Positions 52,731 to 64,000 of a DNA stretch of 64,000 nucleotides are shown here, piece by piece (position 1 is the stretch's first letter; each line of letters starts with the position of its first letter). The DNA comes from Octopus vulgaris (lineage: Eukaryota). The notes beneath the pieces were generated by a model that saw nothing but the letters and a program-made list of their open reading frames with translations, was not told where the DNA came from and did no database searches. The stretch spans positions 4,030,001 through 4,094,000 of the forward strand of contig OX597814.1 of assembly GCA_951406725.2 (NCBI GenBank), read 5' to 3'. Position numbers and translations under genes: made by a program.

Positions 52731-53190
52731 TTCGGATCTTACCCTCGTTATTCCCGTCTTCGTCCACGACGGCGTCGCCGATTCATAATTCTTTCTGTGA
52801 AATTTTTGGTTTTTGTTTTTGTCGTCCGTTTTCTTCCATTTTCTTCTGACGACATCAACTCTAAGAAGTCAAAAAGGCAGCTCTTGAAGACGTATCAAAA
52901 CACACGTGCCGCCGCCCTCCACGCCACACGCGGCGGCACACCGTTTGTCCGAGCAGCAGCAAACCTATGAATAAATTTCAGCGTCTTTGGCGGCAATTAT
53001 AGGTGTAACGATGGCACGTGACCGAGCACGTGCCGAATCGAGGCGAAGTTACGGCGCGAACGATCAACGGCTATTAACGGCGATGAAGAATCGAGTCGAG
53101 TAAAGTCGGATGCTTTCGGAAATGTCCGAAAGAGGCGCACATTTGAAGGGAACCGGATGGAGCGTAGCGTTACGAGTTGATGCGTCCTGT
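52730..53190. promoter_or_regulatory. CpG-rich unique island with clustered HES/bHLH-type E-boxes
   Basis: cacgtgcc 52903, cacgcg 52927, ggcacgtg-accgag-cacgtgcc 53013-34. Confidence 0.5.
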
Positions 53191-53319
53191 ACGTTTGTTT
53201 ATTTATGCGTTTGTGTGTGTGTGTGTGTTTGTGTGTCAATGCATGTGCGTGTATGTATTTATATATAGATAATACATATATGTGTGTGTGTGTGTGTGTG
53301 TGTGTATAGACAGATAGAT

Positions 53320-53375
<56 letters not shown>

Positions 53376-54169
53376 TGATGGATATGTATATATATATATG
53401 CACACACACATACACACACACATATATAAATGCACGCGCGCACACACACACACTCACACACATTCATGTTTGTATGTATGTATGTATGTATGTATGTATG
53501 TATGTATGTATGTGTGTGTGTGTGTATGTATGTATGTGTATATGTATGCATGTATGTATGTATGTATGTATGTATGCATGTATGCATGTATGTATGTATG
53601 TATGTATGTATGTATGTGTGTGTATGTGTATATGTATGCATGTATGCATGTATGTATGTATGTATGTATGTATGTATGTATGTATGTATGTATGTATGTA
53701 TGTATGTATGTATGTATGTATGAATGTATGTATGTATTTATGTATGTATGTATGTATGTATGTATGTATGTATGTATGTATGTATGTATGTATGTATGTA
53801 TGTATGTATGTATGTATGTATGTATGTATGTATGAATGTATGTATGTATGTGTATTGTTGACATGATAAGAGTTTCATAAACTTTCGAGTGAACGTGAAA
53901 ATATTTTTTTTATTTTGGGAACTGGATCTCGAAGTACACATAAAGCTATAAATAATAACATGTAAATTTTGAGTTCAAAAACTCATTTGGATAGAAAAAG
54001 TCGAAGACTGCTCGTGGTGCCTTTGTTCCTTTATGTGTTCCATCCCAAAGGCTGCGGCCATGCTGGGGCACTGCCTTAGCGTAGGTCTAATACACCCTCT
54101 ACGTTGTTCTTTTACCTCAGTTTTTGTTCTTTAATTTCGGACCACATATACATACAAACACACACACAC

Positions 54170-54215
<46 letters not shown>

Positions 54216-54660
54216 CGTGGCTATGTGGTAAGAAGCTTGCTTCCCAACCACATGGTTCCGGGTTCGGTTCCACTGCGTGGTATCTTGGGCAAGCGTTCCC
54301 CCATCATCGCTTGACAAGCGATATTGGTGAATTTACGCCCCCGTAACATAGCGGTTTGGCAAAACAGACCGATAGAATACGCACTAGGCTTACAAAGAAT
54401 AAGTCTTGGGGTCGGTTTGTTCGACTAAAGGCGGTGCCCAGCATGACCGCAGTCAAATAACTGAAGCAAGTAAAAGTATATATCTATATATATATATACA
54501 TACACACAAACATATACATATAAATATATGCATATATGTATGTATATATATCTATATATGTGTGTGCGTGTGTGTAAGGTCGAAACGATGCATGAAGGTA
54601 CAAGGTAATAATCAAATTGAAAAGAAAACAGAACTCGTAAGTAGCAGTTTTTTTACCTTG

Positions 54661-54702
54661 AATTTCAATATTTCGAGGTGAAGTGCTCTTCTTCAGGACA
54701 TT
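54661..54702 (-). ncRNA. Minimal type-I hammerhead
   Basis: Minus strand aatgtc-CUGAAGA-a-gag..ctc-GAAA-ta-UU-gaaatt. Confidence 0.65.
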
Positions 54703-54970
54703 CGAAAAAGCAGCAGTTGGAAAAGGTTGGTGTGTGTGTGTGTGTGTGTGTGTATTATACACACACTCACACGCGCACACACACACGTGCGCATATGTTT
54801 ATGTATACACGCATGCACACGTGCAGACATGATACATGTGCGTACGAATGTGTCTACATGGACGGGTGTATGTCTAAACGTGCGTAAATGTATCGACTTG
54901 TATGTATGCCAATGTTTTCTGAGGTTTTTTCATGTGTGTGAATACGTGCATGCATTCATACACACACACG

Positions 54971-55043
<73 letters not shown>

Positions 55044-55122
55044 CATATATAATCGTATACACACACGCACACGTAGATATATGTATAAATATATTTAAAT
55101 GTTGGGTATGTTCCCAGAAGCC

Positions 55123-55190
<68 letters not shown>

Positions 55191-55194
<4 letters not shown>

Positions 55195-55275
55195 ACACCA
55201 AATGGCGGTGCCCCAGCATGGCCACAGCTCGTGAGCTGAAACTAGATAAAATAAAATTAAATTAAATTAAATTAA
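55191..55275 (+). mobile_element. Extremely truncated CR1 3' UTR
   Basis: Matches 46561-46617. Confidence 0.8.
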
Positions 55276-55282
55276 AAAAAAA

Positions 55283-55314
<32 letters not shown>

Positions 55315-55889
55315 GTATATACGTATTTATTTATGTATGCAATACATGTTCATATGTGTGTGTGTATGTGTGTAATATTGTAATATGTGCTGCGTATGTA
55401 TATGTTTGTGCTCGTATTGTGTGTGTGTATGTGTATGTATGTATATATTAACGCAGGTATGTGAGGAGGGTCTGCTCGTGTGGTGCGGGGTGGTGACTGT
55501 ACGGGAGGGAGCGTGAGGTGGTCTTTGTTTATTGGGGTGAGGTGCAGCAGTGTGCAGTTGATGGGGTGGGTGGGTGTTTTTATTTACAGTAAGCTGGGGA
55601 CGGGGTCTTTGTTTAGAGGGGGTGGCCATGGTCACTGTTTGCGTGTCTATGGTTGTGCATGTGCGCTTCTGTGTGTGTCTGTGTGTCCCCGATAAACATA
55701 ATATAAACATTAATGTGAATATTTGTCAAACATCTCCGAATTTACAATCTTTTATAGTTTTTTAACTGAGTTTAGCCCCACTACCGCCGCCGCCGCCATC
55801 CTCCATCCACCCACCGACCTCATCACCATTATTATCATTGCTGTCACCACCAACACCACCACCACAATCCTCATCGTTGTCGTCGACGT

Positions 55890-56322
55890 TTTCATCATCA
55901 TCCTCATCATCATCATCATGATCATCACCATCATCTTCATCATCATCATCATCAACATCATCTTCATCATCATCATCATCAACATCATCTTCATCATCAT
56001 CATATCAACATCATCTTCATCATCATCATATCAACATCATCATCATCATCATCATCATCATCAACATCATCATCATCAACATCATCTTCATCATCATCAT
56101 ATCAACATCATCTTCATCATCATCATCATCATCAACATCATCATCCTCATCATCATCAACATCATCTTCATCCTCATCATCATCATCATCTTCATCCTCC
56201 TCCTCATCATCATCATCATCATCATCAACATCATCTTCATCCTCCTCCTCATCATCATCATCATCATCATCAACATCATCTTCATCCTCATCATCATCAT
56301 CATCATCATCATCAACATCATC

Positions 56323-56362
<40 letters not shown>

Positions 56363-56634
56363 ACATCATCATCACCATCATCACCATCATCATCATTATC
56401 ATCATCATCATCATCATCATCACCACCATCATCAACATCATCCTCACCATCATCATCATAATCATCATCATCATCATCATCATCAACATCATCATCGCAA
56501 TCATCATCATCATCATCATCATCAACATCATCTTCATCCTCATCATCATCATCAACATCATCATCATCATCATCAACATCATCATCACCATCATCACCAT
56601 CATCATCATTATCATCATCATCATCATCATCATC

Positions 56635-56678
<44 letters not shown>

Positions 56679-56690
56679 CATCATCATCGC

Positions 56691-56740
<50 letters not shown>

Positions 56741-56760
56741 CCATCATCATCAGTACCATG
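55890..56760. repeat. ~870-bp (ATC)n compound microsatellite
   Basis: Visible; explains the poly-Ile/His/Asp/Met ORFs. Confidence 0.97.
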
Positions 56761-57299
56761 ATTGTCGTCGTCGTCATCAACATCACCACTGCCACCTTCA
56801 ACATCAGCAGCAGCAACAACAACAACGGTAATAGCATCGCCACCACAACCGCCATCCTCATCAATATGACGAACCAACAGGGCAACCATGCGTGGCTGTT
56901 GGTGATGTTGTTGTTGTTGTTGCTCTTGTTGCTGTTGTTGTTGTTATGCAGTGTCAGGTCACTCCTCCTCTTGCAGGCCTCTTGATTCCAGATGTGACCA
57001 TCTCATTTATTTCCTACATGTCAAAAGCCCAGAACCACATCATTGAATGTATCCATTTCTAAGATGGTAGTGTATAATTCGAGAGAAATTTAACTGCTAT
57101 TTCTAGCTGAACCGAGTGACCACATGTATTTCCCCTATAAAATAATGACCAAATCCCTTTCAAACGACCCTCAGCTTTATTTAAAACATCGATGATGTAG
57201 TCCAAGACACACTGTGCCTGAAAATAAGTTGGTAATATGAAGTCTTGCAAATGTTTGACGATAGACCTTAATCAAAAGTCATGTTTGGAAAATAAAATA

Positions 57300-57887
57300 T
57301 CCTTTTCTACTCGAGGAACAAGGCCTGAAACTTTGAGGGAGGGGGTCAGTCGATAAGATCGACCCCAGTACGCAACTGGTACTTAATTTACCGACCCCGA
57401 AAGGATGAAAGGCAAAGTCGACCTCGGCTGACTTCGAATTTGAGCTCAGAACGTAACGGCAGACGAAATACCTATTTCTTTACTACCCACAAGGGGCTAA
57501 ACACAGAGGGGACAAACAAGGACAGACAAACGGATTACGTCGATTACATCGACCCCAGTGCGTAACTGATACTTATTTAATCGACCCCGAAAGGATGAAA
57601 GGCAAAGCTGACCTCGGCAGAATTTGAACTCAGAACGTAACGGCAGACGAAATACCTATTTCTTTACTACCCACAAGGAGCTAAACACAGAGGGGACAAA
57701 CAGGACAGACAAACGGATTAAATCGATTACATCGACGCCAATGCGTAACTGGTACTTAATTTATCGACCCCGAAAGGATGAAAAGCAAAGTCGACCTCGG
57801 CGGAATTTGAACTCAGAACGTAACGGCAGACGAAATACTGCTAAGCATTTCGCCCGGCGTGCTAACGGCTCTGCCAGCTCGCCGCCT
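57300..57887 (-). mobile_element. Family-B SINE trimer
   Basis: Same unit and junctions as 7283-8607. Confidence 0.9.
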
Positions 57888-58289
57888 TCTGGAAAATAAT
57901 ATATCGCCAGAATATTTTTAGAAAAACTAAATTGCTAAACAGCTAAACTGACAGTTGTGGGTTCGTGTCACACGAGCAGCGTTCGACCTCCTTTCTATCT
58001 AATGAGGTACTTATTTTTTTAAACCCAGCATTTTCATACTATCATTTAAAGCTTTACACACAGACAAAACCCATCGCACCAAGCTTTTCAAGAATGTATA
58101 TATGTGGGATATGATGCACAGTCGGTTATTTTAATCTCATACTGTTTCAACCGAGTACACTGAGTTTAATTCAGCCCGGCGAGCTTTCCGCAATATCAGT
58201 GTATGTATATTCACTGCTCTCTACTGAAAGAGACAAGTTTCGTCTAAGCATGTGACAACCGAGTGCATGTCATTGAGAAAACCGAAACA

Positions 58290-58481
58290 GGGCCATGCTG
58301 GGGCATCGCCTTGAAGAATTTTTATTCTAACGAATCGACCACAGTGTTTCTTTTTAAGCCTGGTACTGCTTCTATCAGTCTCTTTTGCCAAACCGCTATG
58401 TTATGAGGATGTAAACACACCAGCACCGGTTGTCAGGCGGTGGTGAAGGGTCAAACAGACACAAAGACACACACACACACA

Positions 58482-58513
<32 letters not shown>

Positions 58514-58660
58514 CGACGGGATTCTTTCAGTTTCCGTCTAAGTCCACTCACAAAGGTTTGGTCAGCCCGAGGATGTGGTAGAAGACACTTACACAGTGGG
58601 ACTGAACCTGGAACCATGTGACTGAGAAGCCAGTTTCTTACCACACAATCATACCTGCCC
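58290..58660 (-). mobile_element. Family-A SINE, diverged
   Basis: Homology to the family consensus. Confidence 0.8.
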
Positions 58661-59104
58661 CCATGTTATATGAAAAGATTTCCTCTCAAAAACCACGGCA
58701 TCATGTCTTCCGATTGTGTATATACGTTAGATATGATACGCAGATGGCTATTTAAAACTATTATCAGTGTAAATTACAACGATTTTAAAATTACAAAATC
58801 CTGTTTAATAAATTAGAATAAATTTCTATGTTTTTTTAATGAATCTATCTTAATTTGTTGTTTGAACTAATCTGTTTACGAATGTTTTCGATCAATTTGA
58901 CTTTCGGCGAATATACCTTCGCTGAATTCACTCAAATCACACTTGTAGTCCCAGATACATCATTTTCGAAAGTAAGATGGGGTGGTCATGGCAGGAACGC
59001 CTTTGATAATAAATGTGCTCAATAAGTGGTTACCCGGGGCTAGACACCTCAGTAGCAACAACATATAAAATTATATGTACACAAATTTCAGTAGAAGAGT
59101 TTTC

Positions 59105-59137
<33 letters not shown>

Positions 59138-59254
59138 CGCAGTAGGAGGGTCTCTGGAAAAGTGTTATGTACACACGTATAGTAATGTGTCATAGTAGAT
59201 GTGTGTAGAGACAGATACACAGACAGACGGACAAATATAAAGCTAGATAAATAC

Positions 59255-59295
<41 letters not shown>

Positions 59296-59563
59296 CAGAG
59301 AAAGAAAGAGAAAGACAGAGACAAACAGACAGACAGGACAGTCAGATAGAGAGATAAACAGATTGATAGAGAGAGAGAGAGAGAGATGTAGATAGATAGA
59401 CAGACAAACAGAGACAGAGAGAGATAAAAAGATTGATAGAGAGATGTAGATAGATAGATAGAGAGAAAGAGAGACAGACAGACATAGACAGACAGACAGA
59501 TAGATAAACAGACAGACAGACAGAGACACAGAGAGAGATGTTGATAGATAGATAGACAGACAA

Positions 59564-59630
<67 letters not shown>

Positions 59631-59683
59631 TAGATAGAGAGAGAGAGACAGAGAGACAGAGAGACAGAGACAGAGACAGAGAC

Positions 59684-59716
<33 letters not shown>

Positions 59717-59765
59717 TAGATAGAGAGAGAGAGACAGAGAGAGACAGAGAGACAGAGACAGAGAC

Positions 59766-59829
<64 letters not shown>

Positions 59830-59832
<3 letters not shown>

Positions 59833-60200
59833 CTGCCGTATACATAAATTTCAGTGGAAAATATTCCTGCTGTTCAAAATATAAGTCATAAAACATCAGT
59901 TGGTCACGTGTGTCCATCTTGGCGAATCGCATCAACACTGAACACACACGCGCGCACACACACACACGCCTACGTCATACACACACGCACACGCATACCC
60001 CCCACCTACCCCCTACACACATTAATAATAGCGACAACACACCGGAAGTGATTTCCGCCATTAACCCTCCACGTGTGGTCATTGTTTCGGCCGGTGACGG
60101 CAACAATTGAGAGCGGAACGTAAGAGAGGCGTTTGTTGGATACACATTGGTTATGGGTGGCAGGGAGAGGAGAGCGACTGGAGGTCCGGGTGGATGATGA
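59830..60200. promoter_or_regulatory. Unique island, promoter/enhancer-like
   Basis: ETS accggaagtg 60041-50, YY1-like ccgccatt, E-boxes gtcacgtg and ccacgtg, Sox cattgttt, gtcataaaa. Confidence 0.45.
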
Positions 60201-60632
60201 TGTTGGACGGCAGTGACAACAACAACAACGACAACAGTTAAGGACATCAAAAGCGATTGTAACAACATCATAACAACAACAACAACAAGGGGAGACAACG
60301 AAGAATCGTAATACGTGGTCGCTTGAATTGCTGGAAATAGCAGCGAAATCTCTCGAAGTTTTATCATGGCTACCGAATAATTGTCACATATTACATTTAC
60401 AGATATGTATATATATATATTCTTTTGTTCTTTTATTTGTTTCAGTCATTTGACTGCAGCCATGCTGGAGCACCGCCTTTAGTCGAGCAAATTGATCCCA
60501 GGCTTTGTAAGCCTAGTACTAATTGTATCGGTTGCTTTTGCCGAACCGCTAAGTTACGGGGACGTTAACACACCAGCACACAAACATACACACACACACA
60601 CACACACGCACACATACGCACACACACACACG

Positions 60633-60766
<134 letters not shown>

Positions 60767-60874
60767 TATATAGTTAATCCTCCAAACATGAACAAAGAGA
60801 AAACACAACAACGCGAGGACGTGGAACAAGTATAGTGTTATTGGATGCTCAGGAAAGGAAAGAAAGAAAGGAGG

Positions 60875-60909
60875 ATTTAACGTTTCGAGCGGAGCTCTTC
60901 GTCAGACAC
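60875..60909 (-). ncRNA. Minimal type-I hammerhead
   Basis: Minus strand CUGACGA-a-gagc.tcc.gctc-GAAA-cg-UU; same family as 10335. Confidence 0.7.
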
Positions 60910-61117
60910 ATAGGGAAAGGAAAGATCCAAGGATCTTGAATTGTTATTATCTCAGATATGGGATAATAACAATTCACGGTAAATTACACTGAAAAGGGCT
61001 TTTGTGCGTTCCCAGAGAATATTACCCCCAGGGGCGCTAGTGTTGAAATAGATTTACAATAAATGTAGAAAGAGACTGACATTTAGTTTTACGATAGACA
61101 TACAAATAAATTTGCAT

Positions 61118-61505
61118 ACTCTCTTTTACTCTTTTACTTGTTTCAGTCACTTGACTGTGGCCATGCTGGAGCACCGCCTTTAGTCGAGCAACTCGACGCC
61201 GGGACTTATTCTTTGTAAGCCCAGTACTTATTCTATCAGTCTCTTTTGCCGAACCGCTAAGTGACGGGAACGTAAACACACCAGCATCGGTTGTCAAGCA
61301 ATGCTAGGGGGACAAACACAGACACACAAACATACACACACATAGATATATATACATATATACGACGGGCTCCTTTCAGTTTCCGTCTACCAAATCCACT
61401 CACAAGGCTATAGTAGAAGACACTTGCCCAAGGTGCCACACAGTGGGACTGAACCCGGAACCATGTGGTTGGTAAGCAAGCTACTTACCACACAGCCACT
61501 CCTGC
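61118..61505 (-). mobile_element. Family-A SINE, young, with small internal deletion
   Basis: Homology to the family consensus. Confidence 0.9.
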
Positions 61506-61509
61506 ATCA

Positions 61510-62505
61510 ACACAGCTATTAATATGAATTGAGAAAATGTTCCTACGTATAAACAACGTGTGAACTGTATGTATACAGTGCAGATTGCAATGTTATTGAT
61601 AGGCAAATGGCGATTTCTGTCTGCTTTTGTGGTTGGTTGTTACGTAGAGTAAATCGTTACAAAACATTAACATATCTATCAATATAAATCAAAAAGGTGT
61701 TCCTACATGTAAACAGGGTGTGATCTTTGTGATGACAGTGCATTTGTCTAAAAGCAGAACAGTTCTTCATGCAGCGCTTGTCAATTGGCTGAAGTGACAC
61801 GAAAGGTATCGTCATTCATGGTATATTCGTGAATAAGTCACTAACCGAAATAAGTGGATCTATTGTTTAGGAAAATAGTATTTACTTGTTTAAGGGTTGT
61901 ACTGGATAAATTGTGAAAATAACTCCAACGGTTCAAATATTAAGAAATAAACATACTCAACTTTATTTATACCAAATAATATAGGAAAATGAAGGGGTTA
62001 TTTCCATTGGCTGTTACAATAAAATATATCAGTTATATATAAGGTTCCCTTCCAGGGGCCCTATCATCGATCTTTTCAACAATCTGAGTATGTTTAAGAG
62101 TTGTGCTGGGTAAATTGCGAAAATAACTCTAACAGTTTAAATACTAAGAAATAATCATACTCAGCTTGATTTAAACCAATTAAAATCACTGACCTTGTCT
62201 GACAATTTCTTGTAAGAAAGTTCACGTAATGTAAAATGCTTGTTTGATAAATTATTATACATTTTTTCATTTATTATATGAAAATGAATGGGTTATTTCA
62301 CTTTTAGGGCAATGGTTATATATGTGGATCCCTTCTAGGGGCCCTAGCCATCCAGTTATAGATTTTTATTATAGTTCAATGAGCCTAGTAACAAACTCGA
62401 TGCTACTTTAGCATGTTTGCAAAGTTTCACGAAAATTGGTTAATGAGTGTAGACGGCAGCTTGACACAAACACACAGACAACTTGCTTTTATATACGTAT
62501 AAGAT
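61510..62505 (-). mobile_element. Possible Helitron-like element with internal direct repeats
   Basis: Minus strand starts a|tcttatacgtatataaaag; 61880-62080 resembles 62085-62345. Confidence 0.4.
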
Positions 62506-62815
62506 ATATACGACCGGCTTCTTTCGGTCTCCGTCAACCAGATTCACTCACAAGGCTTTGGCCGGCGCGAGGCTATAGTAGAAGACACTTGCTTAAGGTG
62601 CCACGCCGTGGAACTGAACCCGAATCTATATACTTGCGAAGCAAACTTCATAAAATGCTCTAATCCTACAGCATTGGAGCATTTAGCTCTTAATTCTGGC
62701 AATGTAGGTTTCTTGAAACCCTCAGTTTATATATAGTACAAATTTATAGGAAAACAAAAGACGAAGACAGGTGTAGAAACAACATTTAGTTTGGCGCTCG
62801 AGAAGAATGGAAAAG

Positions 62816-62853
62816 TCTTTTACGTTTCGAGCCGAAGCACTTCGACAGAAAGA
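62816..62853 (-). ncRNA. Minimal type-I hammerhead-like motif with A6U core
   Basis: Minus strand tcttt-CUGUCGA-a-gtgc.ttcg.gctc-GAAA-cg-UA-aaaga. Confidence 0.6.
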
Positions 62854-62984
62854 AATAAGAGGAAATAAACAGAGAGAGAATGAAATAAACCCGGAGAGAG
62901 AAAAAATGTAGAGCTCAACTGTCCAATATGGATAACAAAAACAATGTCAAATTTTAAACTTGAGAAAAGTCTCGCATATTTTTA

Positions 62985-64000
62985 CTGTTCCATATTTAAG
63001 GATGGCATTTGCAATGTGCGGGCTAGTTGGTTGTTCTCTGTTTCTAGAAACCCTGGCTTATCTAGCTCATCACTTAGGTTTTTACTCACAAAACCAAACG
63101 CTTCAATTATTATTCGTATAAATGTGAATTTACAGTCTGGATATAGGAGCTGGCGGTTTCCAAGCAGTTATCTGTAGTTATCCTATTTCGCTTTGATTAT
63201 TCAAAGAGATATGCACATCAGCAGGGCAACTGATCTCTGTAATGTTGCGTAGATTTCTTTTTGTGCGTCCCACACAACGATATTTGGTTTATTGTATTCG
63301 TACCTGCCAGATATTTTCATGAGAATGTTCCACCAATATTCTTTGTAGTAAAGATTGTTTGCCAACATAACACGACAGTCCTGGTTTAGGACGAATGTTG
63401 CTGTAATTTAGCCCCAGGAGACATCGTCTCCAGCTGGCTATACAACACGATCTGTGTCCTTATATTTTCGAATAAGGAAATCTAGCACCCTCACTCAACT
63501 CAAAACAATATCTGTGTATCGCAATTTCCGGGTTATTTCCCTTCATCAGCACAGAATAATTGTTCGGCTAGAGGTGGCGCTGCCAAATTCCTGTTCGAAA
63601 TATATGGTTTTCAAAGTGACAACTAGTTACTGATCTATAAATTAGAAAATTATGTCTCCTGGTGCTAAATTACAGCAACATTCATCCTAAACCAGGACTG
63701 CCATGTTATGTTGGCAAACAATCTTTACTCCAAAGTAATGTTGCTGAATATCTCTCGTTGTGAGATTTACAAATAGTAATTTTCAAATATTCTTTGTGTT
63801 GCTGTTTTATATGTATTCAGTTGGAGAGGATTCTTTATATTTATTCCAGGACAGTCTCCCCCGCCCCGTCTCGAATGGCATTGTATATTGTTTTCGTGAT
63901 AACATCGTGCCTCAGTAGGGAAGTAGTACCTTGGTGACATTTTTGGGCAGCTGCTAATCACATGTGTGATGTCCCCCAAAGAAGTAAGACATGATTTACA
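62985..64000 (-). mobile_element. Decayed R4/Dong-like LINE C-terminus (zinc knuckle + RLE), interrupted at ~63346-63755
   Basis: DITHVISSCPKMS.RYY; KEYWWN..NKPNIVVWD. Confidence 0.7.
63347..63729. mobile_element. Penelope-like insert with ~78-bp inverted arms and a hammerhead at 63511-63555(-)
   Basis: 63347-63424 mirrors 63652-63729; minus strand tctgtg-CUGAUGA-aggg.aaataa.cccg-GAAA-ttgcga-UA-cacaga. Confidence 0.75.

Noticed and set aside
55723-56985. 420-aa ORF and overlapping poly-Asp/Met ORFs
   Set aside because: Translation of an (ATC)n microsatellite, open in several frames with no domain content.

Overview
Repeat-saturated animal genomic DNA, most likely Octopus or another coleoid cephalopod, inferred from the tRNA-derived CORE/Nin/Meta-type SINE families and the extreme microsatellite load. 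No host protein-coding exon, rRNA, true tRNA, CRISPR array or recognisable miRNA could be supported; almost all listed ORFs are microsatellite translations. The window holds SINEs, decayed LINEs (Hero, RTE, Tx1/L1, R4/Dong, CR1), DNA-transposon remnants (Tc1/mariner, hAT, Merlin, Helitron) and about ten unique, motif-rich islands that look like enhancers or promoters. The main signal is RNA-structural. First, about 13 minimal type-I hammerhead ribozymes occur, mostly in short Penelope-like remnants and often in fold-back palindromes, including core variants (U3-A8, A6U, U4C). Second, six complete copies and one partial copy, from four sequence-unrelated element families, carry all hammerhead core nucleotides in a non-circularly-permuted order ([stem II]-[NUH]-[GAAA]-[CUGANGA]) held by six covarying helices: a candidate new pseudoknotted hammerhead topology. 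A deleted Hero retrotransposon also carries four tandem 5' hairpins with an invariant GAAAGA loop. All folds were derived by eye and no activity has been tested.
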